Source of the DNA: a virus
Taxonomy: Duplodnaviria > Caudoviricetes
Direction: 5' to 3' (one strand)
DNA length: 48,419 nt
Virus record (IMG/VR): IMGVR_UViG_3300048762_000430
Coordinates: 1 to 48,419 of that record
The translations under genes and the position numbers were made by a program. Below are positions 1 through 8,625 of the stretch, one piece after another (the stretch's first letter is position 1; each line of letters opens with the position of its first letter). Below the pieces are notes generated by a model. The model did not search any database, was not told where the DNA came from, and was given only the letters and a program-made list of their open reading frames with translations.

Positions 1-546
1 GCACCGCTCCACGAACAGCTCCGTGGAGTAGCTGGTCAGGCCGGAGGTGTGCTCCTTGGTCACCAGCTCGCCGCAGTGGGTGTCGCTGATGAAGATGAAG
101 GGAATCTCCTCGTCCGCCAGATCAGGCGTGACCGGCTGGTAGCTGACGGGAATCGCCTGCTCCACCGGGTACTCGCGCATGACGTCGCGCATGATCGCCC
201 GGATGTTGGCGTAGAGCTCGGTGTGCTTCTTAGCCTCGCGCTCCAGCCGCTTGGTGCGGGCTTGGTAGTAAGCCAGGTTGTGCTCGTCGTCCTCCTCAGA
301 AGCTCCGTCGGTCGCCTGGTTGGGCCGCGGAGGAATCGTGATCCCCGCACCGCGCAGGATGCTCCCAAACGTCGAATAGCTGGACGAGCCCATCAGCTGC
401 GTCAGCGCCGTGAGGCTGCCGGCCTGGGCCAGCGCCTTCTCCACCAGGGGGCACAGGTCCGGCTGCTCTATGAGGCTGCGCAGGCAAGCGGCCTTGTTCG
501 CGGCCGTGCGGACTTCCTCGATGACATTCCTTTCCGAATAAGCCAT
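1..546 (-). CDS. Calcineurin-like metallophosphoesterase (partial, runs off left edge)
   Basis: Absent from the ORF track because it is open at the edge. Manual translation from ATG 546 (GGAGGAG upstream) gives MAYSERNVIEE...EEIPFIFISDTHCGELV...; the DxH motif I is typical of phage phosphoesterases. Confidence 0.7.
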   Translation of the reverse strand, partial: MAYSERNVIEEVRTAANKAACLRSLIEQPDLCPLVEKALAQAGSLTALTQLMGSSSYSTFGSILRGAGITIPPRPNQATDGASEEDDEHNLAYYQARTKRLEREAKKHTELYANIRAIMRDVMREYPVEQAIPVSYQPVTPDLADEEIPFIFISDTHCGELVTKEHTSGLTSYSTELFVERC

Positions 547-596
547 CCATCCTCTCCTCCCACCGATCCCCGTCGGTGGGGCTTACTGAATCAGCC

Positions 597-1415
597 CTAC
601 AGCACGGCCACCCATTCCTGCGCCAGCCGCTGCCGCGCGATCTCACAGTACTCGCCCGAGATGTCCATGCCCACGAAGCGCCGGCCATACCTCTGCGCCG
701 CCACGCACGTCGTCCCGCTCCCCGCCATCGGGTCAAGCACCACACCACCAGGAGGGCAGAAGCAACGCACCAGGTCCTCGGCCAGCTTGTCCGGGTACGT
801 CGCCGGGTGTTGCAGCTTGAGCCGGTTGCCTTCGCTGTTGCTGGTCGCGTACTTCCAGATCGTTCCCCGGCACTTGAGCGGATGGACCGGAGCGTTTACG
901 ACTCTCTCCATGCTCCCATCCGACTTTCTCTGACTGCCGTGCCAGACCGCGTCCGGGAACTTGGTCGGGACCTTCAGGTGCTCGCTGTCAAAGTACCGGG
1001 GGCGCTCGCCCTTCAGGAAGAGCAAGATGTACTCGTGGTCCACGCGGAATCTCTTGCGCCACCACGCCCCTGGCCGGCCGTCTCTCGCATAGATGCAGCA
1101 CTCGAAGAGGCGCCAGCCCACCTCATCGCACCAATCGACCGCGAGCCGGAAGCTGCTCAGGCTCTTGGCGAATTCCTTGGTGCCGTCCTGGATCACCACC
1201 GCGCAGATGCCGCCGTCTTTCACCACCCGCAACAGCGAGGTTCCCAGCCGGGGCAGGTCCAACGACCAGTCTCCGCCATAGTCGCGCACCTGGTCATAGG
1301 GCGGTGAGAACAGGGCCAGGTCTACCGACTCGTCCGGGAGCACCGGGAGCAGGTCAAGGCAATCTCCCTCCAGGACGTAGTCTAGCGGCAGGTTGTGTTG
1401 CCTGACTTCCTGCAC
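597..1415 (-). CDS. DNA amino-methyltransferase, beta-class order (N4-C/N6-A)
   Basis: GDCL, catalytic FSPPY, HPATYP, then SAM-binding VLDPMAGSGTT. GTG start at 1415 with AGGAGG upstream. Confidence 0.92.
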   Translation of the reverse strand: MQEVRQHNLPLDYVLEGDCLDLLPVLPDESVDLALFSPPYDQVRDYGGDWSLDLPRLGTSLLRVVKDGGICAVVIQDGTKEFAKSLSSFRLAVDWCDEVGWRLFECCIYARDGRPGAWWRKRFRVDHEYILLFLKGERPRYFDSEHLKVPTKFPDAVWHGSQRKSDGSMERVVNAPVHPLKCRGTIWKYATSNSEGNRLKLQHPATYPDKLAEDLVRCFCPPGGVVLDPMAGSGTTCVAAQRYGRRFVGMDISGEYCEIARQRLAQEWVAVL

Positions 1416-1422
1416 GCTCCTC

Positions 1423-1734
1423 CTACCCGATGAACACCGTTCCCGGCGCCATGTCGTTGAGCACCACCAGCACCCCCGCCTCGCGCACCACGATGATCTT
1501 CTCACCGTCGATCCGAGTCTGCGCCGACTCAACCGGCGAGTAGAGCACGTCGTCGCCGGGTTGGACGGTGGTGGGCACGAACCGGCCCTTGTGGTCATGG
1601 AGGCCGGGGCCGACCGCCAGCACCGCCCCGCGGTGGGAGAGATACTGCTGCCCGGGCGGGACGTACAAGCTCCCGATCTTCTCGGGAGTAGGCTCCGGTC
1701 TGATGAGTACGATGTCCTTCATGGGGCGGATCAC
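1423..1734 (-). CDS. groES: Co-chaperonin GroES-like, copy 2
   Basis: IRPMKDIVLI...EKIGSLYVP...GAVLAVGPG...VQPGDDVLY Cpn10 pattern. Confidence 0.88.
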   Translation of the reverse strand: MIRPMKDIVLIRPEPTPEKIGSLYVPPGQQYLSHRGAVLAVGPGLHDHKGRFVPTTVQPGDDVLYSPVESAQTRIDGEKIIVVREAGVLVVLNDMAPGTVFIG

Positions 1735-2027
1735 TCGACCACCCCCAACAGGTCCTTCTCGTCTACCAGCAGCAAGGTCTCCTCGCCGTTGCGCACCTCC
1801 AGCTGCTCCTTCGTCCTGAGAACAACGACCTGTCCCGGCTCAACCGCTATCGGCACATACCCCCCGTTCGGCAGGCGCCGGCCTGGGCCTACCGCGACGA
1901 CCTCTGCCTCAACGGTCAGCTTGTCCCTCGTCGTCTCCGGCAGGGAGATTCCCGACTCCGTTTTCTCCTCTCCCGCCCTCGGTCTGACCATAACCTTCGT
2001 CCCGGTCGGCTGCATTTGCCGCTTCAT
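1731..2027 (-). CDS. groES: Co-chaperonin GroES-like, copy 1
   Basis: QPTGTKVMV...EEKTESGISLP (mobile loop)...VVAVGPGR...VEPGQVV...EKDLLGVVE. Confidence 0.92.
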   Translation of the reverse strand: MKRQMQPTGTKVMVRPRAGEEKTESGISLPETTRDKLTVEAEVVAVGPGRRLPNGGYVPIAVEPGQVVVLRTKEQLEVRNGEETLLLVDEKDLLGVVE

Positions 2028-2056
2028 GTTTGTCGCTACCTCCGCTGCGTTACTTC

Positions 2057-2698
2057 CTACAAGGCGTCTACCAGGACCGGCTCGTCGGCCCGGTCCAGGC
2101 GAATCGTCTTATCCACCAGGTCGTTCACCGCTTCATCGTCGAGGTGGGTGACCATGATGAACTGCACTCCCATCTCGTCGCTTAGTCCGCGCAGCAGCCG
2201 GAACAGCGGCCTCAGGTTGGCCTTGTCTACCCCGTTGAAAGGCTCGTCCAGGGCGACGATCCGGTTGACCCCCTGGCGGTGCATGCAGGTGACCAGGGTG
2301 CGCAGCACGCCATCCGAGATGATCTGCGCCACGCTGTCCCCGTCCGTGTTGACCGGATTACCGCGCTGCGCGCCGATCCCCGTTACCACCTGGGCCGAGA
2401 AGCCGGACTTGGGCAGCGGCTTGAAGACGATCTCGAACCGAGCTTCCTCGCCGAATATCTCCCGCATTCCCTGGCCGGCGATGGGCTCTACCGTCGCCTT
2501 GAGCCGATCTCGGGCCGTGGTTCCCATCTGCCGCAGAGCGGCTACCCCTTTGGTCGCCAGGTCCACCTGCGTGGTCAACTCACGCACCGACTCCTGAGCC
2601 ACGCGGCGCTGGGCCACGACCATCTCAAACTGGCCGTTGCACTCGAGGGCTCGGCGGAGGGCCTGACTACAGCTGGCCGCCAGTTGTGCTCGTTCCAT
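2057..2698 (-). CDS. Rad50/SbcC-like ATPase, C-terminal half
   Basis: Coiled coil, then Walker B/D-loop VALDEPF and H-loop MVTH. No Walker A; the ABC signature position reads DGDS. ATG 2698 has GGAG upstream. Confidence 0.8.
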   Translation of the reverse strand: MERAQLAASCSQALRRALECNGQFEMVVAQRRVAQESVRELTTQVDLATKGVAALRQMGTTARDRLKATVEPIAGQGMREIFGEEARFEIVFKPLPKSGFSAQVVTGIGAQRGNPVNTDGDSVAQIISDGVLRTLVTCMHRQGVNRIVALDEPFNGVDKANLRPLFRLLRGLSDEMGVQFIMVTHLDDEAVNDLVDKTIRLDRADEPVLVDAL

Positions 2699-2951
2699 TG
2701 AGTCTCTCCAGGCGGCCGTCCAGGTCCGCCAGCCCTTGCTCGATCTCCGCCGCCAGCCGCTCCGCCTCCTGGTCCAGTTCCTGTACCTGCGCGACGGAGG
2801 TGATGCCCATCTCTCTGAGCTGAGCCTCGCCCTGAGCGATCTGCGTGTCGAGTCCGCGCACCCGCTCTTCCCCGCGCACCAGGTCTTCACGCAGGCCCTG
2901 GATCCGCCCGCGCTGGCTCTCCAGCTTCTGCAACACGTCACTCGTCGCCAT
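2667..2951 (-). CDS. Small coiled-coil protein (94 aa)
   Basis: Heptad-rich helical sequence between the Mre11-like gene and the Rad50 C-half. Confidence 0.7.
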   Translation of the reverse strand: MATSDVLQKLESQRGRIQGLREDLVRGEERVRGLDTQIAQGEAQLREMGITSVAQVQELDQEAERLAAEIEQGLADLDGRLERLNGTSTTGGQL

Positions 2952-3857
2952 CTACTTCTCCCTCTGCTCGGCTTCACTGATTTTGCCGCTCACGTACTTC
3001 CGCACCCGCTCCTCCAGGCCCATCTCGTCCAGCATCTGGTCTACCGGCATCTGCGGAGTCACCGCGGCCTTCCCGAGCATTTTGATGTACTCGCTATGCC
3101 GTGCCTCGCCGTCCTGGCGCGCGAGGTGCTTCCCCAAGTCGAAGACAGCGGGCGCCGGCCGGCAAGGAACCGGCAGATACTCCCAGCCCTCCACCACCTT
3201 CCGGCTGTCGTCGTACCGGATGCTGGCGACCTTAGGAATCCGGTCATAATCGTCGATGGTCTTGCGGGATAGAGCCCCTGGGTTGAAGAACCAGGTATCC
3301 TGCACCCGCTGCGGCTCGTACCCGTCGTGATAGTCTCCGCTGAGCACAATCGCCGCACTCACTTCGACCGCCGGCAGCGGAAGGCTAAAGCCGATCAGCG
3401 CGTGCACCACTGCCACGTCCACTCGGGTCCGATACTCTCCGCCTTGCAGGTGAGCGTCGAGGTAGCTGCTGTGACTGATGAGCCGTGTGCTCAGGCCGGC
3501 GCACGCCATTTCCCGGCGCTCGCTTACCCCAGGGTGATTCGGAAGAGCCCAGTACGCCACGGAGGCCGCCGACTGCGAGATCGTTTTCGGGTTGTGCCCC
3601 ACCAGGTCGTGCTGTCCCCACACCAGTACCAGGTTGGGAATCGTCCGCAGCATGGAAACCGCGCCGTTGACGATCCTCAGCGACACTCCCGGCGCGTTCA
3701 CCAGGTCGCCGCCGAAGGCTACCAGGTCGTGCCCGGCCGCCTGCTGCACCACCCAGGCGAGCTTATCCAGCATGTCCTGACCGTAGTTGCCCAGGCGCTG
3801 CCCGATGGGCTCCGCGGCCAGGTGGGTGTCGGTAAAGAACAGAATTGATTTCGTCAT
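2952..3857 (-). CDS. Mre11/SbcD-like metallophosphoesterase nuclease
   Basis: Motifs TDTH, GGDL, GQHD, VHA, GDYH and NPGAL.R; adjacent to the Rad50 halves. Start ATG 3857 (ATGA overlap). Confidence 0.87.
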   Translation of the reverse strand: MTKSILFFTDTHLAAEPIGQRLGNYGQDMLDKLAWVVQQAAGHDLVAFGGDLVNAPGVSLRIVNGAVSMLRTIPNLVLVWGQHDLVGHNPKTISQSAASVAYWALPNHPGVSERREMACAGLSTRLISHSSYLDAHLQGGEYRTRVDVAVVHALIGFSLPLPAVEVSAAIVLSGDYHDGYEPQRVQDTWFFNPGALSRKTIDDYDRIPKVASIRYDDSRKVVEGWEYLPVPCRPAPAVFDLGKHLARQDGEARHSEYIKMLGKAAVTPQMPVDQMLDEMGLEERVRKYVSGKISEAEQREK

Positions 3858-4165
3858 CGTCGCCGCCGCTTGCGCCCCCTGCCTTTGCCCGCGATCAGGG
3901 GCCGGGCGCCTCCGCTCAGCGTGGCCCTCCGCATCACCCGATGCCCGTCCTTCTCCCCCGGCCAGTACGCCGTCACGACGGCCCCGTCCGGCTTCACCAT
4001 CAGGGTGCAGCCATTGGGGCAGCGAAACCTCACGGCGTCGTCCGAAACCCCCGCCAGGACCGCCCTCGACCTTAGCCTGTGTAACTCCGCTTTCGCCTGG
4101 CCGACAGTGAGACCGGCGCGTTTGGCATAGCGGTAGATCGCGTGATAGGTAAACCGCCACGACAC
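3854..4165 (-). CDS. Hypothetical basic protein
   Basis: ORF fills the gap; FTYHAIYRY...VVTAY resembles small RelE/DUF4258-like folds (weak). Confidence 0.5.
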   Translation of the reverse strand: MSWRFTYHAIYRYAKRAGLTVGQAKAELHRLRSRAVLAGVSDDAVRFRCPNGCTLMVKPDGAVVTAYWPGEKDGHRVMRRATLSGGARPLIAGKGRGRKRRRR

Positions 4166-4184
4166 GTTCTCGGGAACCTTCAGC

Positions 4185-4427
4185 TTACTTCACCCTTTCT
4201 TGCTTGCGACGCCGTCCCAAGCCCAGTATGCGACAGTGCACCTCGCCCAACACGTCGTCGAAACCCGTGTTGGCATCTCCCGTGCCCCCGCAGGTGCGAC
4301 AAACCTCCACGCTTATCATCTTGCCCCCGATGTAGATGGGGGTCTGCCCCTCTCCGCCGCAGGCCATGCAGAACTCCGCGGCTACCGACACATAGTGTTC
4401 CACCTGGGAATCCCCGGACATGCGCAA
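4185..4427 (-). CDS. Small zinc-finger protein
   Basis: Two CxxCxGxG repeats (CMACGGEG, CRTCGGTG); GGAGG upstream. Confidence 0.6.
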   Translation of the reverse strand: MRMSGDSQVEHYVSVAAEFCMACGGEGQTPIYIGGKMISVEVCRTCGGTGDANTGFDDVLGEVHCRILGLGRRRKQERVK

Positions 4428-4439
4428 CCTCCCCTGCTG

Positions 4440-5621
4440 TTACTGGGTGGCCTGCCCGCAGAGGGGGCACACGCCGGCGTCCCTGAGTATCTGCTGGTAG
4501 GTCGCTTCCGCTTGTTGTAGTTGTTGTTGGATCGTCTGTATACGGGCCACTTGCTGCGCCCGCCCTGCCTGGAGTTGGGCTATCCGGCCCCCGACCTCCC
4601 GCGCCGCCTGGGCTCCCAGCGCGTGTCGCAACGCGGAGTCCAGCAAGCCATGCAGCTTGCCCAACGCCTCCCGCAGATACCGAACCCGTGCTCCCACCGC
4701 CAGTCCCTCTTCCCGTGCTCCCGCCAGCGTGCCCAGGACGCGGCGGGCCTCACCGGCCTTTCGTGCAATCTCTCCGGCCCTTTCCAGCCACGCGGTGAGA
4801 TCGCCGGCGCCCACCTGCAGCACCTGCACTACCTGCGCACACTGCACGCGCTCAGCCCGGTGCTGATCCACCGCCCCCAGCAACTGCACCGCCCGCGCCC
4901 TGGTCTGATCCATCTGCGTGAGCGCCCGCAGCTTTCCGTCGAGCCGCTCCGCCCGGACTTTCACTTCCGGCGCGTCTTCCAGCCGGTGCACCTCCGCGCT
5001 GAGCCGGGCCTCCTCGTTCGTCCTTGCGTCCAACTGACCGGCCAGGTCCCGGATGTCTTTCTCCGTCAGGGTCTCGGCCGCGCTGATGACGTTCAGCCCC
5101 AGCAGCCGCGTGAGAATGTCATCCTGCTTCGCACCGCTTTCCCCCAGGAGGAAAAGGTGATCGGTGTTCAGCTTGACGTTGAGCCGGTAGTCGGTCTTCC
5201 CGTCCAGGCACAGGGGGAATATCCCGGTGACCTGACCGACCGGCTCGAAGAACCCGGCACCTACAGCCTGGTAGGTTACCGGGCCCTGATTCGGACGCTC
5301 CACCACGTACTCGTTGCGATCGGCGTCCCGGTACCGCGTCACCCTGGAACCGTCCGCGAACTCCGCGGTGATCGAGAAGAACCGGGACCGCCGCGCGTTC
5401 GGGTCAGCGGGGTCCCGGTAGCGGATCTCGCATAGGGCGTCGTCCTTGTTGTACGAGGCGGGGCAGTAGTTGTAGAGCAGCAGACTCAAGGCCCGCAGCA
5501 CCCACGACTTCCCCGAGCGATTCCGGGCTCGAATCAGATTCAGCCCCGCCTCGAAGTCCACCCGGAGGTCCTGGTGCGGCCCGAAGTTTCTCAGATGAAG
5601 GGAGCGGATAGGATTGACCAT
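4440..5621 (-). CDS. Rad50/SbcC-like ATPase, N-terminal half with zinc hook
   Basis: IRSLHLRNFGPH, Walker A ARNRSGKS, long coiled coil, terminal CPLCGQ hook. No Walker B. Confidence 0.87.
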   Translation of the reverse strand: MVNPIRSLHLRNFGPHQDLRVDFEAGLNLIRARNRSGKSWVLRALSLLLYNYCPASYNKDDALCEIRYRDPADPNARRSRFFSITAEFADGSRVTRYRDADRNEYVVERPNQGPVTYQAVGAGFFEPVGQVTGIFPLCLDGKTDYRLNVKLNTDHLFLLGESGAKQDDILTRLLGLNVISAAETLTEKDIRDLAGQLDARTNEEARLSAEVHRLEDAPEVKVRAERLDGKLRALTQMDQTRARAVQLLGAVDQHRAERVQCAQVVQVLQVGAGDLTAWLERAGEIARKAGEARRVLGTLAGAREEGLAVGARVRYLREALGKLHGLLDSALRHALGAQAAREVGGRIAQLQAGRAQQVARIQTIQQQLQQAEATYQQILRDAGVCPLCGQATQ

Positions 5622-5625
5622 CGTG

Positions 5626-5778
5626 TCACCGCGCACAGAACGCCGTTGCCAGGCACAGACCAGCCAGGAAAAGGATCACCAGCAGCGTCCCCCAATCGTC
5701 CGGCTCCCAATCGCTAAAACCGCCGGCGGGCCCGCGGCCGGCCTCCACCAGATACCGAGCGACTGCGGCCTGACTCAT
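5626..5778 (-). CDS. Small membrane protein
   Basis: ATG 5778 with GAGG upstream; C-terminal hydrophobic helix TLLVILFLAGLCLATAF. Confidence 0.45.
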   Translation of the reverse strand: MSQAAVARYLVEAGRGPAGGFSDWEPDDWGTLLVILFLAGLCLATAFCAR

Positions 5779-6445
5779 CTCTGCGCTTCCTCTGGGGCTC
5801 ACGAAACACCACCGGCGCTGCCGCGTTGAGCTGATCGAGCAGGCGCTCCGGATCGCTGCGGGCCAGATCGTCCGGGTCGGCTTTGGGCGCATCCCATGGC
5901 ATGTACGGACTGGGCGGCGCCAGGGCGGTCAGGCCCACACCGCGCAGGACCTGGGCCGCTTGCCCGATCAGGTCGCGGTTATCGTTGTCCGGGTAGACCA
6001 GCACCCGGCGCCGGGGCGCCAGGTAGCAAAGGTGGGCGGCATGGTAATGGCTGAGCTTGCTGCCCAAAACCGCATACGCCGGCCACCCCAAGCGGCGTAG
6101 CTGAATCGCGTCGTACTGGCCCTCGACGACCACCAGGGGCCGGTCGGCAGCAGGCGGCAGATGCAGCCCGTATAGCCAGCGCTGTCTCGGGAAAGGCAGA
6201 TGCCAGTACTTCGGCTCGCCCCCCGGCAGGTTGACCGATACGGAGACCACGCGCTCAAAATAATCCAGCACCGGGATCAAAATGCCGGGGCCAGGGACGA
6301 AGAGGTTGTCCTGCGGAGCAAATCCCAGGCGGAACCTCTCTGCGCAGTGCCGGTCTATCCCCCGACTCTCCAGGTAGCTAAGTGCCGGGGTAGTGGCCGG
6401 CAAAGCCGCCAGTGAGCTGCGCACGAAATCGGTCAGGGTAGTCAA
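5714..6445 (-). CDS. DnaG-type DNA primase (Toprim), no N-terminal zinc domain
   Basis: YLESRGI...FRLGFAP, EPKY, Toprim VVEGQYD and YPDND. Probable TTG start with AGGAG upstream. Confidence 0.85.
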   Translation of the reverse strand: MTTLTDFVRSSLAALPATTPALSYLESRGIDRHCAERFRLGFAPQDNLFVPGPGILIPVLDYFERVVSVSVNLPGGEPKYWHLPFPRQRWLYGLHLPPAADRPLVVVEGQYDAIQLRRLGWPAYAVLGSKLSHYHAAHLCYLAPRRRVLVYPDNDNRDLIGQAAQVLRGVGLTALAPPSPYMPWDAPKADPDDLARSDPERLLDQLNAAAPVVFREPQRKRRDESGRSRSVSGGGRPRARRRF

Positions 6446-7034
6446 ACAGGACACTCCTACCAGACTGGCAACACCGGGAGTACAGCACCTCGCACTCCCT
6501 CAGCCGGGGAAAGAACAGCCCCAGCGTGGCATAGGTATGGAAGAGGCGGTCATCAACGCTCCACTCCAATCCGGTCTCAGCGTTCTGCCAGCGCTTGGTC
6601 GTGATCAGAATGGTAGTGTGATGCTGGGCGGCAACATCGGCGCAGCGGCCCAATACCCTCCCCCGCTCCGAGGGAGTGTAGCCGACCGAGAGAGCGTCCC
6701 AGGAGTCCACCACCAGGACCTCGACGTGAGGCGCGAGGTCGCAGACCACCGTCTCGAGGTAACCCACTCCGGGACACGGGGCGAGCACAAACACTTCCGT
6801 CTCGACCCCTTCCTTTGGCCCTCCGGCCGGCAGCCCACACAGGTCGCCGTCCACCCACGCGACCTTCCCCGCTACCGCCAAGGCCACCGCCCAGCAAAAC
6901 GTACTGACTCCCGCCTGGGGCCGGCCGCTGATTTCCGTCAACCGGCCCTGGGGCAGTCCGGGGAGAACCCTCCCGTCGAATCCGGCCAGCAGATTTGCAT
7001 CCAACTGCGGACTGCCCATGCTCACGAACTCCAC
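6378..7034 (-). CDS. RecA-fold protein with degenerate Walker A
   Basis: GLPQGRLTEISGRPQAGVST, VAWVDGD and VLVVDSW match the RecA core. Confidence 0.78.
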   Translation of the reverse strand: MEFVSMGSPQLDANLLAGFDGRVLPGLPQGRLTEISGRPQAGVSTFCWAVALAVAGKVAWVDGDLCGLPAGGPKEGVETEVFVLAPCPGVGYLETVVCDLAPHVEVLVVDSWDALSVGYTPSERGRVLGRCADVAAQHHTTILITTKRWQNAETGLEWSVDDRLFHTYATLGLFFPRLRECEVLYSRCCQSGRSVLFDYPDRFRAQLTGGFAGHYPGT

Positions 7035-7046
7035 GGCAGCGCCTCC

Positions 7047-7997
7047 CTAAACGCGGTCCACCGCCGGGACCGCGCCCCCGCTACCGGGAGTAGTGTTCAG
7101 GCCCCCGAGAGGACCGCCACCCAACGGCCCCAGCGGAGCCGGAGGAGTGGCCGCCGCCCCGCCGAAGAAGTCCGGCATCGGACCCGAGGCACCCGCGCCG
7201 CCGAAGACGGACTCGCCGGGAGTCAGCCCCGTGGCCGGATCCACCGCCGCGGGAGGCCGCTGGTCCTGCATGAAGCCGGCCGGAGGCTCAACCGTGGCCC
7301 CCAGAGCTTCCCGGATCTGGTCAGGCGTCTGCGCGCGGCTCCAGTACTTCTCAATCGACTCCCACCGCTTGGCCATGCCCGCGTCAGCCCAGAGCTTCTG
7401 GATGTCCTGCTTGCTGTGCCACAGCTCGTGGTAGACGGGCTGGATGACGTTCTTCCAGATGGAGCCCGACGTCTCGCACGTCCACTTCCAGGTGATCTCC
7501 ATCAGGTCCAGGGCGCCATTGCGCGCCGCGGAGACCTCCTGCAGGGTCTGGAAGAACTTGAGCAGGGACGTTTCCGGCGCGTCCATGATCTGCAGGGCGC
7601 CCGTCGTCCAGTTGATGACCGCGAAGCGGTACTGAACGCGCGTGTAGGCGTTGTCCGTCCCCAGCTCCGACTCGCACTCGTGCAGCGGGCAGTTGTAGCC
7701 GGGGACGATGATCTTCCGGCACTCCTCGACGCCCAGCGGGTCCGCCTGAATCTGGCCGTTGGTCAGCTCGTGCGGCGTGCCCAGGCAGTACACCGTCTTC
7801 CAACTGCCGCCGAGCTTCAGCGAATGCTCGATGTAGAAGTAGGGATTGCCCAGCGGGTGGACCACCGTGAACTCACAGGCGTACTCGCGCCAGTTGTCCT
7901 TCTTCGGCTTCATGAACCGCAAGCCGGTGCCCCCCTTCTTGGGGTCGCCCTGGTTGTTGCTAAAGGGACTCGGTCTTGTAGGGATCGCGTAACTCAT
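7047..7997 (-). CDS. Probable single-stranded DNA-binding protein (gp32-like)
   Basis: H...C...CPLHEC metal ligands, RFAVIN...LQIMD strands, low-complexity C-tail; lies between the polymerase and RecA-like genes. Confidence 0.6.
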   Translation of the reverse strand: MSYAIPTRPSPFSNNQGDPKKGGTGLRFMKPKKDNWREYACEFTVVHPLGNPYFYIEHSLKLGGSWKTVYCLGTPHELTNGQIQADPLGVEECRKIIVPGYNCPLHECESELGTDNAYTRVQYRFAVINWTTGALQIMDAPETSLLKFFQTLQEVSAARNGALDLMEITWKWTCETSGSIWKNVIQPVYHELWHSKQDIQKLWADAGMAKRWESIEKYWSRAQTPDQIREALGATVEPPAGFMQDQRPPAAVDPATGLTPGESVFGGAGASGPMPDFFGGAAATPPAPLGPLGGGPLGGLNTTPGSGGAVPAVDRV

Positions 7998-8625
7998 CGT
8001 TCTCGGCTGCTCCTCCTTGATTCAGGGAACGGGAGGTGGGCCCGACCCCGTGATGTCTGTCGTAGTTCTGCATCATCCAGTTGAGACTGAAGATCTTGCT
8101 GCGTACCACCTCATAGCAGTTGTCACAGAAATTGGCGTGGGCCTTGGCGAGGGAGACCTCGCGCTTCAGATCCGCCAACCTTTCGGCGGCCGCGGCATCC
8201 GCCTTCCACTCCACGGTCTCCACACTCATGTCCCGCCAGCGGCTGCTCAGCGAGTCCAGCGCCCCGGCCAGCCGGTCATAACGGGCGCGGGCCTGGCGCA
8301 CCAGGCCGCTCACCTGAATGATCCCGTTCTCCACCTGGTAGAGCGCCCGCTGATACGTCGCCGGCACGATCTGGTCGGCCTCGGGCAGCGGGGTGTCTGC
8401 CTGCTTCTCCGCGATCGCCTCACGCTGCGCGTATCCGAAGTCGGCGCTTAGGTCCACGCCGATCTTGCTCAGTTCCGCCGCTACCAACTCCGCAAACCGC
8501 TCGGCCGCCTCCGCCCCGTGCTTGGCCTCCAGTCGGACCAGGTCTTCCTGATCCGTAACCGTCAGCTTCGAGTTGGGTAAGCGGGAGAGACTGATGCGCC
8601 GCTGCACTTCCACCGGGTCAGGCAT
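7960..8625 (-). CDS. Hypothetical helical protein (possible recombination mediator)
   Basis: Helical/coiled-coil sequence coupled between the polymerase and SSB genes; function inferred from context only. Confidence 0.55.
   Translation of the reverse strand: MPDPVEVQRRISLSRLPNSKLTVTDQEDLVRLEAKHGAEAAERFAELVAAELSKIGVDLSADFGYAQREAIAEKQADTPLPEADQIVPATYQRALYQVENGIIQVSGLVRQARARYDRLAGALDSLSSRWRDMSVETVEWKADAAAAERLADLKREVSLAKAHANFCDNCYEVVRSKIFSLNWMMQNYDRHHGVGPTSRSLNQGGAAENDELRDPYKTESL

Noticed and set aside
559-580. 8-bp hairpin CCCACCGA/TCGGTGGG beside an RBS
   Set aside because: Short GC-rich stem with no U tract; plausible by chance.
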